Shown here piece by piece: positions 24,417-37,635 of a stretch of 64,000 nucleotides of DNA. The notes below the pieces were generated by a model. That model was not told the origin of the DNA. It made no database searches and saw only the letters and a program-made list of their open reading frames with translations. Position 1 is the first letter of the stretch; every line of letters starts with the position of its first letter. The translations under genes and the position numbers were made by a program. The DNA comes from Felis catus (Eukaryota): the NCBI RefSeq assembly GCF_018350175.1, contig NC_058368.1:82648001-82712000 (forward strand). Direction: 5' to 3'.

Positions 24417-25110
24417 ACTGGTGTGCTACAGATACCAGTTCACAAGATCCAACCGTTAAATTTTCAAGAGTTTTGCCAGCTGGCTGTTGAACAGAATCAT
24501 TATTAAAAATGAAATTATGGGGCACCTGGGGGGCCCAGACGTTTAAGCATCTGACTTCAGCTCGGGTCATGATCTCCCAGTTCGTGAGTTCAAGCCCCTC
24601 ATCAGGCTCTGTGCTGACAGCTCAGAGCCCACTTCAGATCCTCTGTCTCCCTCTCTCTCTGCTCCTCCCCTACTCACGTTCTCTCTCTCTCTCAAAGATA
24701 AATCAACATTTTTAAGAAATGAAATTATGTAGGACACATGGTGGCTCAGTCAGTGAAATGACTCTTGATTTTGGCTCAGGTCGTGATCTCGCGGTTTGCT
24801 TAGGGGGTCGAGCCCCACAACAGGCTGGGCACTGACAGCGCAGAGCCTGCCTGGGGTTCTCTCCCTCTCACTTGTGCTCTCTCTCTCAAAAATAGATAAA
24901 CACTTTGAAAAAGTTAAATTAGGTTATAAAATTACACGCACCGTGCTCCGGAGGCTGCGAATGCCTGTTACGTGGTGGAAATACTACCGGATGGCAGCTG
25001 TTTGCACGTCTTCCCACCGTAGAACGTTTGCGCCGTGGAAATTGGCAAACGCTACACACTCCCCCGTTTCATTTCCAGCGGGATGTCAGGCACTTACCAG
25101 CACACGGGTG
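24417..25110 (+). mobile_element. MER63-like hAT element split by two SINEs
   Basis: CTGGTGTGCT...GTTAAATTTTCAAGAGTTTTG...CATTATTAAAAAT, then GGAAATTGGCAAACGCTAC, and a terminal TTACCAGCACAC (inverted terminal repeat). Confidence 0.7.
24519..24915 (+). mobile_element. Two tandem Can-SINEs (24519-24716 and about 24732-24915) inside MER63
   Basis: The first has TSD AAATGAAATTATG. The second is more diverged. Confidence 0.9.
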
Positions 25111-26222
25111 CTGTGAAGCTCAGTCTGAAAGCCCCCCCTCCCCCCACCGCTAGCTGGCTTCCTCCCCTCCCATTCCACCTCGTGCTTGATGGTGAAGAGA
25201 CTTAAGGAAGGTTGCAGGAGTGGCTGGGCCAGGACCAACGAGTGTCCGAGCAGGAGGGGTGCCCTCTCTGTTCACTCTAGGTCCAGTGCTGTATCCGAAA
25301 GTCCTGCCTCTCCTCTGTCCCCCCACATTGCAGGTGAGGGTGCCGGCATGCAGCTGGGCTGTGAGGCTCTGGGGCTGGAAGCAGAAACTTCTCCCATCCA
25401 GGGCTGATCGCCCCTCTGGAGCTGAGGGCGTGGAGGGTGGGGAGTAGGTCCCAGGACCCGCGGGCAGCCAGACACTGGTCTTCTTGCTTAGGCAGCTGGC
25501 GCTCAGCCCAGGGTGGGGTTCTGGGCCCGGGGGGCAGTTGTGGGGACTCAGCACCCAGCTCTCCCAGACCTGGTGGGTGAAAACATCTAAGTTCAGTTTG
25601 CAGCAATAAACAGAACATTAATCTGCATCGAGACTGATGATACTCTGTAGTTTCATCTTTTTAAGAAAATCCTTGAGAATCTACTCCATGAATGAATTGG
25701 CCTATCCAAGCCCTAATAAGAGTGACAACGCAGATGGTAGTGAAACCGTGCCGTGCTAGGCATCACACCCTCCACGTCACCGGACCCTCACAGCAAGGTG
25801 ACAAGTCCCTGTGGTCCCCGCTCCATGTAAGTGCAGAAAGTCTAGTGACTTTCCCAAAGTCATGCAGAACTTTAATTTTATGAAATTCTTCTTGCAGTCC
25901 TTTGCAAGAAGAAAAAAGTCCAGTGTCCATTGGACACCCTCTCCTCTTGCTTTGAGAACCAAACGTCAGGCTTTTTGAACTTCACACATTGTGGTTTTTA
26001 AACCATCGTGAAACAAATCTGAAGACCTTGTGTGTGGGTCCCAACATCTGAACATTTCACAGGCCGTCCCTGGGTGGGGCGCCTCAGCCTGAGTTGGATG
26101 AGTCACCTGCCACCCAGATGCTCACTTCCTTCCTCCTCTCCAGAGCAGGGCTCCCTGCAAGGGGGCGAGGACTGTCCCTACTCTGTGGTGCAGCTGCAGT
26201 GGCCCCCAAGCAAGTCCTCCGA

Positions 26223-26259
<37 letters not shown>

Positions 26260-27789
26260 GCCTGTTTTCCCTGCTCTCACCTCCCTTCACTCACACACAC
26301 AGGCTCCTTTCACATCCATTGAAATAAGCAACTTTAAAAAAAGTGAAAAAAAAGAAGAGTGACTAGACCCAAATGGGAATTAAAAGGTGGATTAAGATGA
26401 GAACTAAGGTCTGTGGCCTCGTAACCACTGTTGTTGTGATTGAGGATGTTTTCCAGTCTCACAGCTGTTCTGAACCTGACAACCACAGCCTCCCCTCAAT
26501 AGTGGATTGAGGGTCCCAGAAGCTAAAGGTTGGTGGGTTTTGTCAGGTGTTGAGGGGGTGGGAAACTGCCAGCACAACTTCTGAGCCAGTAACAGGACGG
26601 AGACACCTTGCATGTGGATGTCCCCGCATTCCCTCTCCGCCGTTGAAAAAGGCAACTGACAGAGCATGGGGAGGACAGTGCACAGGTCCATCTCCTCCGG
26701 CTCCCAAGTCGGTTAAGGCAGAGCTGAGAGGAGTAAACAGGGGCAGGCCTCCAGCTCAGCGCGGGAGTCGGGTCCTGACAGTTTCCTCAGGTTCTTGTCT
26801 CCCTCGTGGGTGTTTCCCGGTGCGTGTCTCCATTTTCCCATGAAATAATCAGAAATACAAAACAAATGGTTGTACAGTGTTTTGAAATTCTTAGTCAAAG
26901 GGATGGTACCTGGTTGTTCCTCCTTTTTGAGAGGACTTGTTCTCTTGTTTCATCTTTGTTTTCACATTTTTTGTTCCCTAAACTAAATGCCAACATTTAA
27001 ACTATTGTGTGATCATCAGCACAGGACTCTCAAGACAGGTGTCCACAGGCTTTGCACCAACAGAATTCTCTACGACTCCCAACCACGTCCACAATGCCCT
27101 TGAAAGTTTGACTTTTCCCTGGACTTTAGAGGTAACTGGAAAGGCCCAGGTCAACCCAGAGCCCTGGCAGGGATGGCCAGCTCTGTTAGTTTCCTGAAAT
27201 GATGGCGAAACGCTTCATCCCTGGCTCGGTCCTGGGCCGAGCTATATGCCCTCTGTTAAAAACTCTGAGCGGCTCATGTCACTGCTGATTTTCTCCCCGA
27301 ATCCAGGAGTCACGGGAGCCAAGGTATCTGAGCTCAGTGGGCCGCAGACACTGTAGTAAGAGTGTTGAGCACACCCACTCAACTGCATTTCTCAGTCACA
27401 TACTGTCATGAGGTAGGACACACGGTTTCCACTGTGGCCTCGACAGGCTGCTGCGACTGACCAAGTTTTCTTCACGGGCAGAGGCAGAGCTGGGGGCTCA
27501 GGGCCCACGTCCCCCACTCCACTGCCTGCAGCTCAGGTCATGCCCAGAGGCCCCATATTCGTGGCTCTCTACCCCTTTGCAAAAGACAGCAAGCCCCGAG
27601 ACCACAATCACACACAGAAGTCACAGGAAGTTGGTATCACATGGGGTAATTTCGCAGGTAGCAGAAAATAACCAATACTATGTGCATTTTATATTAAGAC
27701 AACTGTGAAATAATGGGGAGATGACAAAATTTTATAGGGCCTCTGTCTTTGCTTTGTCTCCATTTTTTTCCTTAAGAAATAAAAAAAAT

Positions 27790-28256
27790 CCTAAGGGAAG
27801 TACAAATCAAAACCACAATGAGATATCACCTTACCCTTGTTAGAATGGCTACTATCAAAAAGACAAGAGATAACAAGTGTCGGCAAAGTGAAATAAGGGA
27901 GACGGAGACAAATATCCTGTGATCTCACCTGTATGCAGAATCTAAGAAACAAACAAAGCAGAAACACATTCATAAACACAAAGAACAAACTGGAGGTTGC
28001 CGGAGGGGAGGGGTGGGGGATGGGTGAAACAGATGAAGGGGGTGAGGGGTACAAACTTCCAGCTATCAAATAAGTAATTCAGGGACATGGAAAATACATC
28101 ATGAGGAATGTATTCGACCACACTGTAGTAACTCTGTATGGTGAAAAAACGTACCATGGTGAACATCACATGGTAATGTATAATTGTTGCATCGATACAT
28201 TGTGCACCTGAAATTAATATAACATTTTATATCAACTGTACTTCAATTAAAAAAAG
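27790..28256 (+). mobile_element. LINE-1 3' fragment with an internal deletion
   Basis: CAAATCAAAACCACAATGAGATATCACC then a jump to the 3' UTR ending TCAACTGTACTTCAATTAAAAAAA. Confidence 0.85.
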
Positions 28257-28942
28257 AGTTTACATTTCTGGTCACACATGTCACAAAAGCACCTTATTTT
28301 CTTCTCTGTCCCAGTGAAGACATTTCACAGATTTTTTTTACCAAACTGGGCATACCCACACGTCACCCACAAAACACAGCAAATTCAAAAATGTGGTTGA
28401 GTAAACAGGCACCAAAGTCCAGAATATCCTTCTGTATCTTCTTCCTTCAAAAAAATCTGTGATTACCAGTGTCACTGTTTACTGGAGCAAAAGAGAATTT
28501 TCTTTTTAATTATACACCCTGCACTCAAGTACTAATTATGCCAATCACAAGTGTCTCCATCACTGCTGATGGCAGAATCTGACTGCAAGTGGTTTGCAAA
28601 TATATACGCCTGGTGTCTCAGCAACTAAGTCAACTGTTGGGTTTCCTCCAATTTCGAAGAAGGGTGATTAGCATGTGCCACCTGCTGGAAATAATGACAA
28701 CGTCCTCATGTGAACAGAGAAGCCTGGAAGGGGGCCCCAGAGCAACCCGGGCACCGGGGCCTCTCAAGTCTCTGCAGATCTCAGCTGAGTTGAGACCACT
28801 CCTTTCGGCCCAGGGAGCTGGTGGTCAGGCCACCGTCTGGCAGCTGAGTGGAGCTGTTCCACATCTTCCCCAGCCTCTGGGCTACAGAGCACAGAGCCCT
28901 CCCTGGCCCCTCCCCAGACCAGTCTGGACCCCAGCACCCCTG

Positions 28943-29235
28943 GAGCAGATTCTCAACCCTTAGCTGCCATCATGTCCCAAAGGGCCAGATGAAAGCAGCT
29001 GGGCAACCCCCCTGAGGTCCTGATTCAGCAGGTCCAAGGAGGCCCAGAGCCTGCATTTCTATCCAGTTCCCAAATGATGCTTCACTGTCCTTCCAGGAGC
29101 TGGCAACCAACATGTCCAGTCTGCCAGGAACTAAGGAGGGCTCTCAGGACGTGGCACTTCAGCTTTAAAACTGGAGCATTCCTGGGGCAAACCAGGGCAA
29201 GTTGGCCTCCTGGGGACCCCATTTTGAGAACAGCC
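28943..29235 (+). mobile_element. MER5-like hAT element containing a MER81-like insert (about 29098-29210)
   Basis: Termini TTCTCAA...TTTGAGAAC and CTGATTCAGCAGGTC...CTGCATTTCTA. The inner quasi-palindromic segment is CCAACATGTCCAGTCTGCC...GGCAAACCAGGGCAAGTTGG. Confidence 0.55.
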
Positions 29236-29421
29236 ATCTGAAGTATGTACCCCAGTAACGGAGTCATGCTTCTAACATTTACTGTTCAAAACTGTGTATT
29301 TTTATTGCAGACTTCCTCCTCTGAGACGTAAATGCATGAGGAAGAGAGCAGAGTAAGTCGCGTGGTCTACCACAATCTCCTTTCTTTTAACAAAAACTTC
29401 ATTTTCTCTGAATTGTCTTTA

Positions 29422-29616
29422 TTTTCTTTTAATGTCTGAGAGAGAAAGGGGGCAAGGAGGGGCAGAGAGAGAGAGAGAGAGAGAGAGAGAATCCCAAGAA
29501 GGCTCTGTGTCATCAGTGCAGAACCCAACGTGGAGCTTGATCCCACCAACTGTGAGATCATGACCTGAGCCAAGATTAATAGTTGAACGCTTAACCCACG
29601 GAGCTACTCGGGCGCC
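29422..29616 (-). mobile_element. Can-SINE (older)
   Basis: TSD TGAATTGTCTTTA and a (GA)n tract. Confidence 0.9.
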
Positions 29617-30216
29617 TGTGAATTGTCTTTAAAAGTAACATGTGAGAACTTCCACCCTCTCCTGCTAAGTAAGTTACGGTTTCTTGGATCATGGAAAATC
29701 AATCCAGCCCTAGGCTGGCACATGACGGGGCCTGCTGTAAAACAATGAGTGGACCCATCATTAGTTCTTTCCCAGGACTACGGGCAGGGGACACTCAGAT
29801 GATGGAGCAGGCAGCAGTGGGAACCGATGCTGGACACAAGCACAGGAACGGAGCACCCCTGAGTTGGGGGAGCATGTTGTGCATGTCAGGTGCAAGTCAC
29901 AGTCCGAACGGCAGGGGCCTGAGGTGGAGAATATACACGCAGAAAGTCAGCACTCTTCTTAGTGCAGGAAAAGAAATTGGGGGCCTAGAGGCCCAGGGCA
30001 CAGAGTCAAACTCCTTCAGCACCCCATTCTGAAGGCCCTCAAGCTGTCAGGGACCCCAAGCAACCTGCAGAGCCAGCCTCTGAGCCCCTCCGAATGTGAC
30101 TCCAGCTTCTAAATTTCCTTCTCCCTGGGGGTCCCGCCAGGGTCAGTCCACTGCCTGCTTCAAGGCCAGCAGGGTGAGTTCTCACTTCCTTACACACACC
30201 GTATCAGTTGAGACAC

Positions 30217-30247
<31 letters not shown>

Positions 30248-30894
30248 GATAGACAGATATTAGATGATAGATAGATGATAGATAGATAGATAGATAGATG
30301 ATAGATATTACATGATAGATGATGCATATTAGATGATGGATAGATATTAGATGATAGATAGATAGATAGATGATAGATGACAGATGATATATAAAAGATA
30401 GATAGGCGCGCCTGGGTGGCTCAGTCGGTTGAGCGTCTGACTTCGGCTCAAGTCATCTTCTCTCAGCTTGTGCGTTCAAGCCCTACATCATGCTCTGTGC
30501 TGACAGCTCAGAACCTGGAGCCTGCTTCAGATTCTGTGCCTCCCTCTCTCTCTCTGCCCAAACCCACTTGCATTCTGTCTCTGTCTCTCTCACAAATAAA
30601 TAAACATTAAAAAAAAGATAGATAGATGATAGATAGATAGATATTAGATGATAGATGATAGATGACAGATAGATGATATATAAATGACAGATAGATAGAT
30701 ATTAGATGATAGATAGATGATAGATGACAGATGATATATAAAAGATAGATATTAAGTGACAGATGATAGATAGATAGATAGATGATAGATAAATGATAGA
30801 TATTAGATGATTGATAGATGACAGATGATAGATGACAGATGATATATAAATGATAGATGATTGATAGATAGGCAGACAGATAGATGATAGATAG
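30217..30894. repeat. Compound (GATA)n array, interrupted by a SINE
   Basis: GATA/GAT/GACA units with a recurring higher-order block TATTAGATGATAGATAGATGATAGATGACAGATGATATATAAA. Confidence 0.97.
30405..30613 (+). mobile_element. Can-SINE inside the GATA array
   Basis: Full copy flanked by AAAAGATAGATA. Confidence 0.93.
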
Positions 30895-30899
30895 GTTCT

Positions 30900-31130
30900 G
30901 GGGTGCCTGGATGGCTCAGTCAATTGAGCATCCAACTTTGGCTCAGGTCACAATCTCATAGTTCGTGGGTTTGAGCCCCCATTCGGCTCTGTGCTGACAG
31001 CTCAGAGCCTGGAGCCTGCTTCGGATTGTATGTCTCCCTCTCTTTCTGTCCTTCCCCGGCTTGTGCACTCTCTCTTCCTCTCTCTCAAAAATAAATAAAC
31101 ATTAAAAATAATAACAAATAAATAAACAAA
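30900..31130 (+). mobile_element. Can-SINE
   Basis: Full copy at the end of the GATA array. Confidence 0.93.
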
Positions 31131-31684
31131 TAATCATTCAAATTAATTTGGTCGTTTTAAAAAATAAAATTCAAATTTACCTTCAAAGACAAAAATTTCC
31201 TGTATTTAAAGACGTTCCAAAGAACGTGTCACTGCTTTGAAGAAGCATAAAAACGCTTTGAAGGGCAGCGGCATCGCCTATGTGCAGCACTGAACGTGTG
31301 CTCTGCCCTCTGCCCACTGCCCACCCAGCGTGCAGGCTCTGTGTAGGACCCTGGGTGTGCCAGGGTCACTTGGCTCTGCGTACCACGAGACCGTCATTGC
31401 TGCCGGCACCGTGCCCACGGTGACAGAGCCGGTAAGTGGCAGAACCACAGTTTGCATCGGTCCCTGCCCCCAAGCCCACGCTCAGTCCCCCAACGTGGGA
31501 GCCCCTCTACTTAAGCATAAAAGTGTAAAGGTGGTCCTGGGCCCCAAAGCACAAGGTCTTTCCACCATTCTGCTTGGAAGAACTACCCTCGTTTGGCTGA
31601 ATAAGTTGTCACTGGCTGGTTGAAAATCAAGTGACCCACTGCTTGCCAGCAGGTCTCCTGTTGGTGGAGAGGTGGCGGTTAAGT

Positions 31685-31770
31685 GGAACCTGCTTCGGAT
31701 TCTGTGTCTCCCTCTCTCTCTTCCCCTCCCCCACTCGCTGTCTCAAAAATAAATAAACAAAAACATTTTT
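31685..31770 (+). mobile_element. 5'-truncated Can-SINE
   Basis: Only the part CCTGCTTCGGATTCTGTGTCTCCC...AAAAATAAATAAAC is present. Confidence 0.85.
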
Positions 31771-32789
31771 AAAAGTTTTTAAAACATTTTCTTGTGTTCC
31801 TGAATAATCTTTCTTCAGGGTCTTCTTCACGAGGCCTGACCCCTCCCTGGGGGCGTGCGCAATCACCAACTCCCCCCTCACCCTGTGACCTCTCCGCCTG
31901 AGCCACCTCTCCCCTTGGGCCTCCACTGTCAGGCAAGAGTCACAGCCTCTGGTCTCCTATTCCATTCGTGGTCCTGGCTTTATGCATATTCTAGTTCCCT
32001 TACTGCATTTTAGGAGGGTCTCAGCAAAAGAAAAGGTAGAAAAGGCAGTTGTTTGTTTCTAGGAGTTCCTTGTTTTGCTTTTTCCATAGAGGTCGATCAT
32101 GGCCCTGGTTCAAATTTCAAACCCTGGGGAGGGTAGTGGTGACCTGCAGACCCGCCGCCGCTCACCCGCCCGCGGCTGCGAGCGCTTCCGCGCAGAGTGG
32201 GTGGTCTGTGCGTGTCCAAGTAGAGACTTGTATCTGCACATGTGTAAACACGCCCTGCGCACGGGTCCCCACTGTTTGCTTCCCGTCGTCCGTGTTTTTG
32301 TTCATCTAAGTCACCAAATACAGAGCTACCTCGCTAAAAAAAAAAAAAAAGCTCCTGCATAGTTTTCCATTGTACAAATGTGTGGTGGCCTGGAGTTTTC
32401 TCCTCTTACAAACACCCTCTTGCGCACGTTTTTCTCTTTGTCTTTCAGCGCGGGGCACGTGTTCACGTTGGTTAGTGGCTCTGCTCCATGCACTCAGACA
32501 CGCAGCTCCTTTTGTCCCGGCATGCTCTGAGCCTGTGTGGTGGCAGCCGCATTCCTGGTCCGGCCCCAGGAAAGGCAGAGGAGGCACAGCTGCGACTCCA
32601 AGGCCCCAGCCTAGAAACAGCACGTGGCTCTTGCACTTCCTGCCCACGTGAGGGGACCTGTGGACACCTTTGACCCTTTGCCCACGAAGGAAGAGAGAGT
32701 GGGATCTGTGCAACTTGCAGACCCCATCACTGACCTTGTCAGTTGCACTTGCTGCTGTCATGAACCCTCTTACATCGTTAAGGCCCGTG

Positions 32790-33340
32790 TGTTTCTTTTG
32801 CTGTGAAATGTGTATTCATCTTATGGCCCATTGTACTTTGGGCCTATGGTCTTCTGGATTAATTTGCTGGTACTCAATGTTGATTAAAGAAACAAACCTT
32901 TTGTCTATGATTATTGGTTGCAAATACTTACCCAGATTGGTTATTTTGCCATTGGATTGTGTGTATGCTGGTTTTTTTGGGGGGTGGTGGTGGGGTGACG
33001 ATATATTCTATTTTTAAGTAATGAAATTTACTCATCTTCATTCTTTTATTTTCTGGAGTTTTGTATCATACTTAGAAAGAACTTCTCCTCTTGTGTTATT
33101 TTTTAAATCACTCATATTATCATTTACTCCCTTCATGCTTTTATTTGCTCCAGTTAAATTTTTATTTATCTAGAATTTATTTTGGTGAGAGTTGTCAAGT
33201 GGCATTGAAGTTAATTTTTCAGATTGCTATTTAGTTATCACAAGACTGCTTGTTGACTAACCCTTTAGTTCATGATTTGAAATGTCATTTTTATCAGTAA
33301 ATTCCTATATAAACTTGAGTATATTTCTGTACTTCCTGAC
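32790..33340 (-). mobile_element. Old L1M ORF2 remnant, antisense
   Basis: T-rich degenerate reverse L1 (GTTGCAAATACTTACCCAG, ATCATACTTAGAAAG, TTTATCTAGAATTTATTTTGGTG). Confidence 0.55.
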
Positions 33341-36199
33341 TGGTTCACCTATCTGTCATTTATATATCAGCATAACCCTACTGCCATGGCTCCTTTTCTC
33401 TGGCTATTTACCTTGTCTATTTAAAAAAAATATACATACTACATGCTAACATTTTTTTCAGGATCTTTTGCCTGATATGGCTGTGTCCATTCTTTCATTG
33501 CACACCCTCCGATCTCCTGTTTCAGGTGTGTTCCTGCACACAGCACATTGCTGCGTTTTGCTTTGTGATTCAACACCAAGATTCGAGCTTATCTCAGGGC
33601 ATTTACTGAGTATCAGGAATGCACAGTTAGCCCTGTTTCGTGTTCTAGTCTTGCTGTCATTGCTTCTTCTTAAGAACTACAGGGTTAGGTTTGGACTGTG
33701 TGTCCCGAGATGGGAGGACAATGTTTCTGTTCCATGAGATGTGTTTGATCACAGTTTTCACTCCCTTTGTGGCCACATTTTTTTGCAATTGGTTTTACCA
33801 TATCCTTCCCCTTTATTTCATAGTTTTCATTCTTACTCTATTTCTGTGTGGATCCTGTGCTGGTTTCTTTCTGATTATGACTCATCTTCAAGTATGCTGA
33901 GTCCTCCCTGGATCGATGTTTTATAGGAAAATCAGTCTGGAGGTCCAATCCCCAAAAGTGGGGTTGGGTGTGAGTGATGGGCAAGTGTGGGTATTCACAG
34001 TGCCGCACTCCCTTCCACCTGCCTGTCCAACATGCTGCTTCTGGTAAGAACACCTTCCCTAGTGGCCTTAACCCTACTTCTTCTGCATGTCAAGTGAGGC
34101 CCATGCTCCCCCCCACTTTTCGCTCAGGGTATGACACTCTGACCCATTGTGACCCACAGCCTCTCAGGGTCTCCCTGCTCCCTCACCCTGTTTTCTCTGC
34201 CCACCCCCTCCCCCCTCCCACACCATCTGCGGTAGTGTAGACTCGTAGCTGTGTCCAGCTTTGGTGGAGGTGAAATGTGTTTCTCTTTCTCCTTTTCTTT
34301 GTTTATTTTTGTTCTCAGAAAAGAACGGGGAAATGCCCTGTGCAGTCTGTCATTTCACTGCATGGCATCTCAGTCGCCTTCCAAAGTGTTGCCACGGGTC
34401 TGAAGCCAATGTGTTTCCAGATCCTCATATGTGATCTGGTCTCTCCTTCCTGGGGCTTTCAGGTGGGGTCCTCTTCCAAATGTCCTGAGACACCCACTGG
34501 CCGGGGCTCGGTGTGGCTCCTTACACCCCTGGCTTTCTCAGCCTGGAGTGGGGGCGGTCTCCTGACTCACACCTTCTTGCAGCTCTGGGGAATTTTCCTG
34601 GTATGTCCTCATGATTAGTCATCTTTCTTTGTTTTCTCTGGAGCCCTGAGTGCTCAGATACGTTGCTCCTCAGCTGCGTGTGTATGACTCTGTCTCTCCT
34701 TGCTTATCTCATCTCTCTGTTTTGTGATATGTTTAGCCTTGTTCTCTTCTGTGACATTAAAGTCAGCAATCATTTTTTAAATCTCCTTCCCGTTCTCTAC
34801 CTGTTTGCAAATCGCATCCTGTTCTTACATTCTGGATATCCAATATCTTCTAGACTCTTTCTGAGACTTTTACTTTAATTTCTCCAAGGTAAGTTGTCTT
34901 TGTGAATCTCCATTTCTCTCTGCCATGTCGCTGATTTTCTTCTCAAAGCCTGGTGGTACTTGGGTGCTCACATATGTTAAGAATCAGTGGCTTGCTCTGA
35001 TGAGCTGCTGTGGGTTCTCCATAAACTCCTCAGAATGGAGAGGCAAGCCAAGAGCTCTGCGCCCACAGACGCGTTTGTTGGCTGTACTTCGTTCAGGATA
35101 GTTGGGCGAGGAGCTGGGCAGTAGGCAACAATTTCCCCTTTTTCTCACCCTCTGACATCCCCTGACCTGAGCCAGAATGAGGATGCTTTTACCCAACAAC
35201 CCCAGACCCACAAAGAAAGCTGTAGCCCAAAGGCTGTTTGTTCAAGGTCTTTGAAGAGGAGCTTTTTGGTGTCTGCAAGCTGGAAGACAGGCCTTAAGGG
35301 GCGAAGGGAGAGGAGGGCAGGGAAGTAGATGGCAGTTCACTCACAAAGCTGTGGACTCACAACTATGGCCTCTCAGAGTCCCTTCGGGTCCCGCGGCAAG
35401 ATGGCACCCTCCACCGCCACTGTCCTCCACCCTTCCCACCCACCAACACCTTCCGCTCCCTTTCACCTTTAGAAACTGTCCTCCTAATCTCCCATTCTCC
35501 TTGCTGTGACAGGCTTATCCTCCTTCCGCTTGTTTTCTTCTAGTCCTTGGGGCCTGAGGAGGAAGGAGACCACACACGCTCATGCACCCAGCAGAGACTC
35601 CATTCCACCAGGCTCGACTTTGGGACAGAAGCCCCGAGCCACAGTGCTCAAACCTAGGGGGCATTCTGACTCTTCAAAGCATGCCCTATGTAGTATTTCT
35701 AGGGTCCTTCTTAAAACGTGGACATGAAAATTAGACACAGTACTGTTCTAAGAGCCTGAATAATGCTGAGTGTAGAGGGCAACTACTGTCTTGAGTCACA
35801 CTCTTCTATAGGGTACTCTGTAGCAGGTGATCTTTTTAAAGTCACAACTGTTCTACTGTTGACTCATTTCAATGCATGATTGTTAGGACCCGCAATCATT
35901 TTTCCTTGTCCTATTGTTTGTTAATTAGTTTCCAGCTTGTGCTGAGATGCTTTGACAGTGTTGGCCCTTGGTACACCTCTGTCACTACTGAATGTGGCCC
36001 CTGTGGATGAAATGGTTTTCTAGGTAAAGCTGAGTCTCAGGAAGGTAAGGCAAACACACAAGTAGTGTATACTGAAGGCCTCTGGGATAGTTTCATTCTG
36101 AGCCCCTGTCTGTGTAGAGCTTGCAGGATATCGCTCCCTGCTTACATGCTCCCGGATGTGCTGCAGAACACAGGGTGTTCCCATTGACAGCCACTCTTT

Positions 36200-36811
36200 T
36201 CTCTTTCTCCCATCCTCCCGTCCTCCCATCTTCCTGTTCTCCCATTCTCCCTTTCTTTCTGTCTTTCTGTCTTTCCTTTTTTTTTTTTTTTTTGGTGATA
36301 CTTCTTTTTTAATTCCAACATGGTTAACACACATGTAATATTAGTTTCAGGTGTACAATGTAGTGATTCAACAGTTCCACACAACATCTGGTGCTCATCA
36401 CAAATGTGCCCCTTAATCCCCATTACCTATTTCCCCCACCCCCCACCCACCTCCCCTCTGATGCCAACAGTTTGTTGTCTGTTGGTTTGTCCTTTTTTTC
36501 CTTTACTTTTAAAATTCCACATATGACTGAAATCATATGGTATTTGTTTTTCTCTGACTTATTTCACTTAGTATTACACTCTCTAGCTCCATCTACATCG
36601 TTCCAAATGTCAGGATAAGATTTCCTTCTTTTTTACGGCTGAATAATATTACATGTATGTATATATCTCCATTCATCAGTCAGTGGACACATGAGCTGCT
36701 TCCACAATTTGGCTGTTGTAAATAATGCTGCAGTAGACATAAGGGTGCATGTATCCTTTGGAATTGGTGTTTCCAACTTCTTTGACTAAATCCCACAGCA
36801 CGGCTGCAGCA
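36200..36811 (-). mobile_element. LINE-1 3' fragment with a purine-rich tail
   Basis: Reverse L1 3' UTR (TCTGACTTATTTCACTTAG, TTCCACAATTTGGCTGTTGTAAATAATGCTGC), flanked by a 24-bp near-perfect direct repeat. Confidence 0.85.
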
Positions 36812-37437
36812 TGTTCCCATTGACCACCACTCTTTGTATTTTATCTTCCTGGGTGCCATCTCATCTCTAGTTAGAAGAATGCTTTGTGATGTGAGTAAAA
36901 ACCCTATGTTTTCACTAATATTCCAAACCCCTGTGCTCAAAATGTAAAGAAAAGAAAAAACTGTCTTTCTGACCATATACTCTTAGCTACATGTTTCACC
37001 TGGTGGCTCTATCAGATTGGGGAAAATGTGCTGATTCATTGTCCAGTTCACTGATATCTTTTAAAATTAGATATTGTAGCAAATTTTTCCATGCTCATGA
37101 CAAAATCATATATATTATCATGTTATTAGCATTAGAATTTAAGATACCAGCTATGGACTACTTGAAACTATGGTTTTCATAATTTCTATGAATTCCAGGA
37201 CATTTTCTTCAAACAAAATTAAGCACAACACCAACATATTAAACATATTCAAGAAGAGCTTCTCTGGTTGTGCGGGAGGCTAATAGGGTGCTGCCCTCTG
37301 AGCTGCGCATTCTGGTGGCTCAAAGAGAAAACACACTAGGAATGAACCAAGAGCTCATTTCAAAAGTGTGTGTGTAAGTAGACATAACTCATAGATAATA
37401 ACAGAATCCATGGGAGTAGAAACCATTTTCCAGACAA

Positions 37438-37635
37438 ATAGAGGCCAATCCGGGTTTGCTGGAGCCTGAAGCTGATATAATTTGGTCATGCTGGGATGGA
37501 GGTGTAGCATCAATCAAAAGGAAAAGAAATTAAAATTACAGAGACAAAATAAGTAGGGTCTTCCTAAGACCTTGGGGGTCTCTGCAGGGAGGCTCTGACT
37601 TAATCTTCTTCAGCTCCAGGGTAAATCTGCATTTT
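37438..37635 (+). mobile_element. MER53-like hAT element
   Basis: ATCCGGGTTTGCTGGAGCCTGAAGCTGATATAATTTGG...GGTAAATCTGC resembles the recalled MER53 consensus. Confidence 0.6.
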
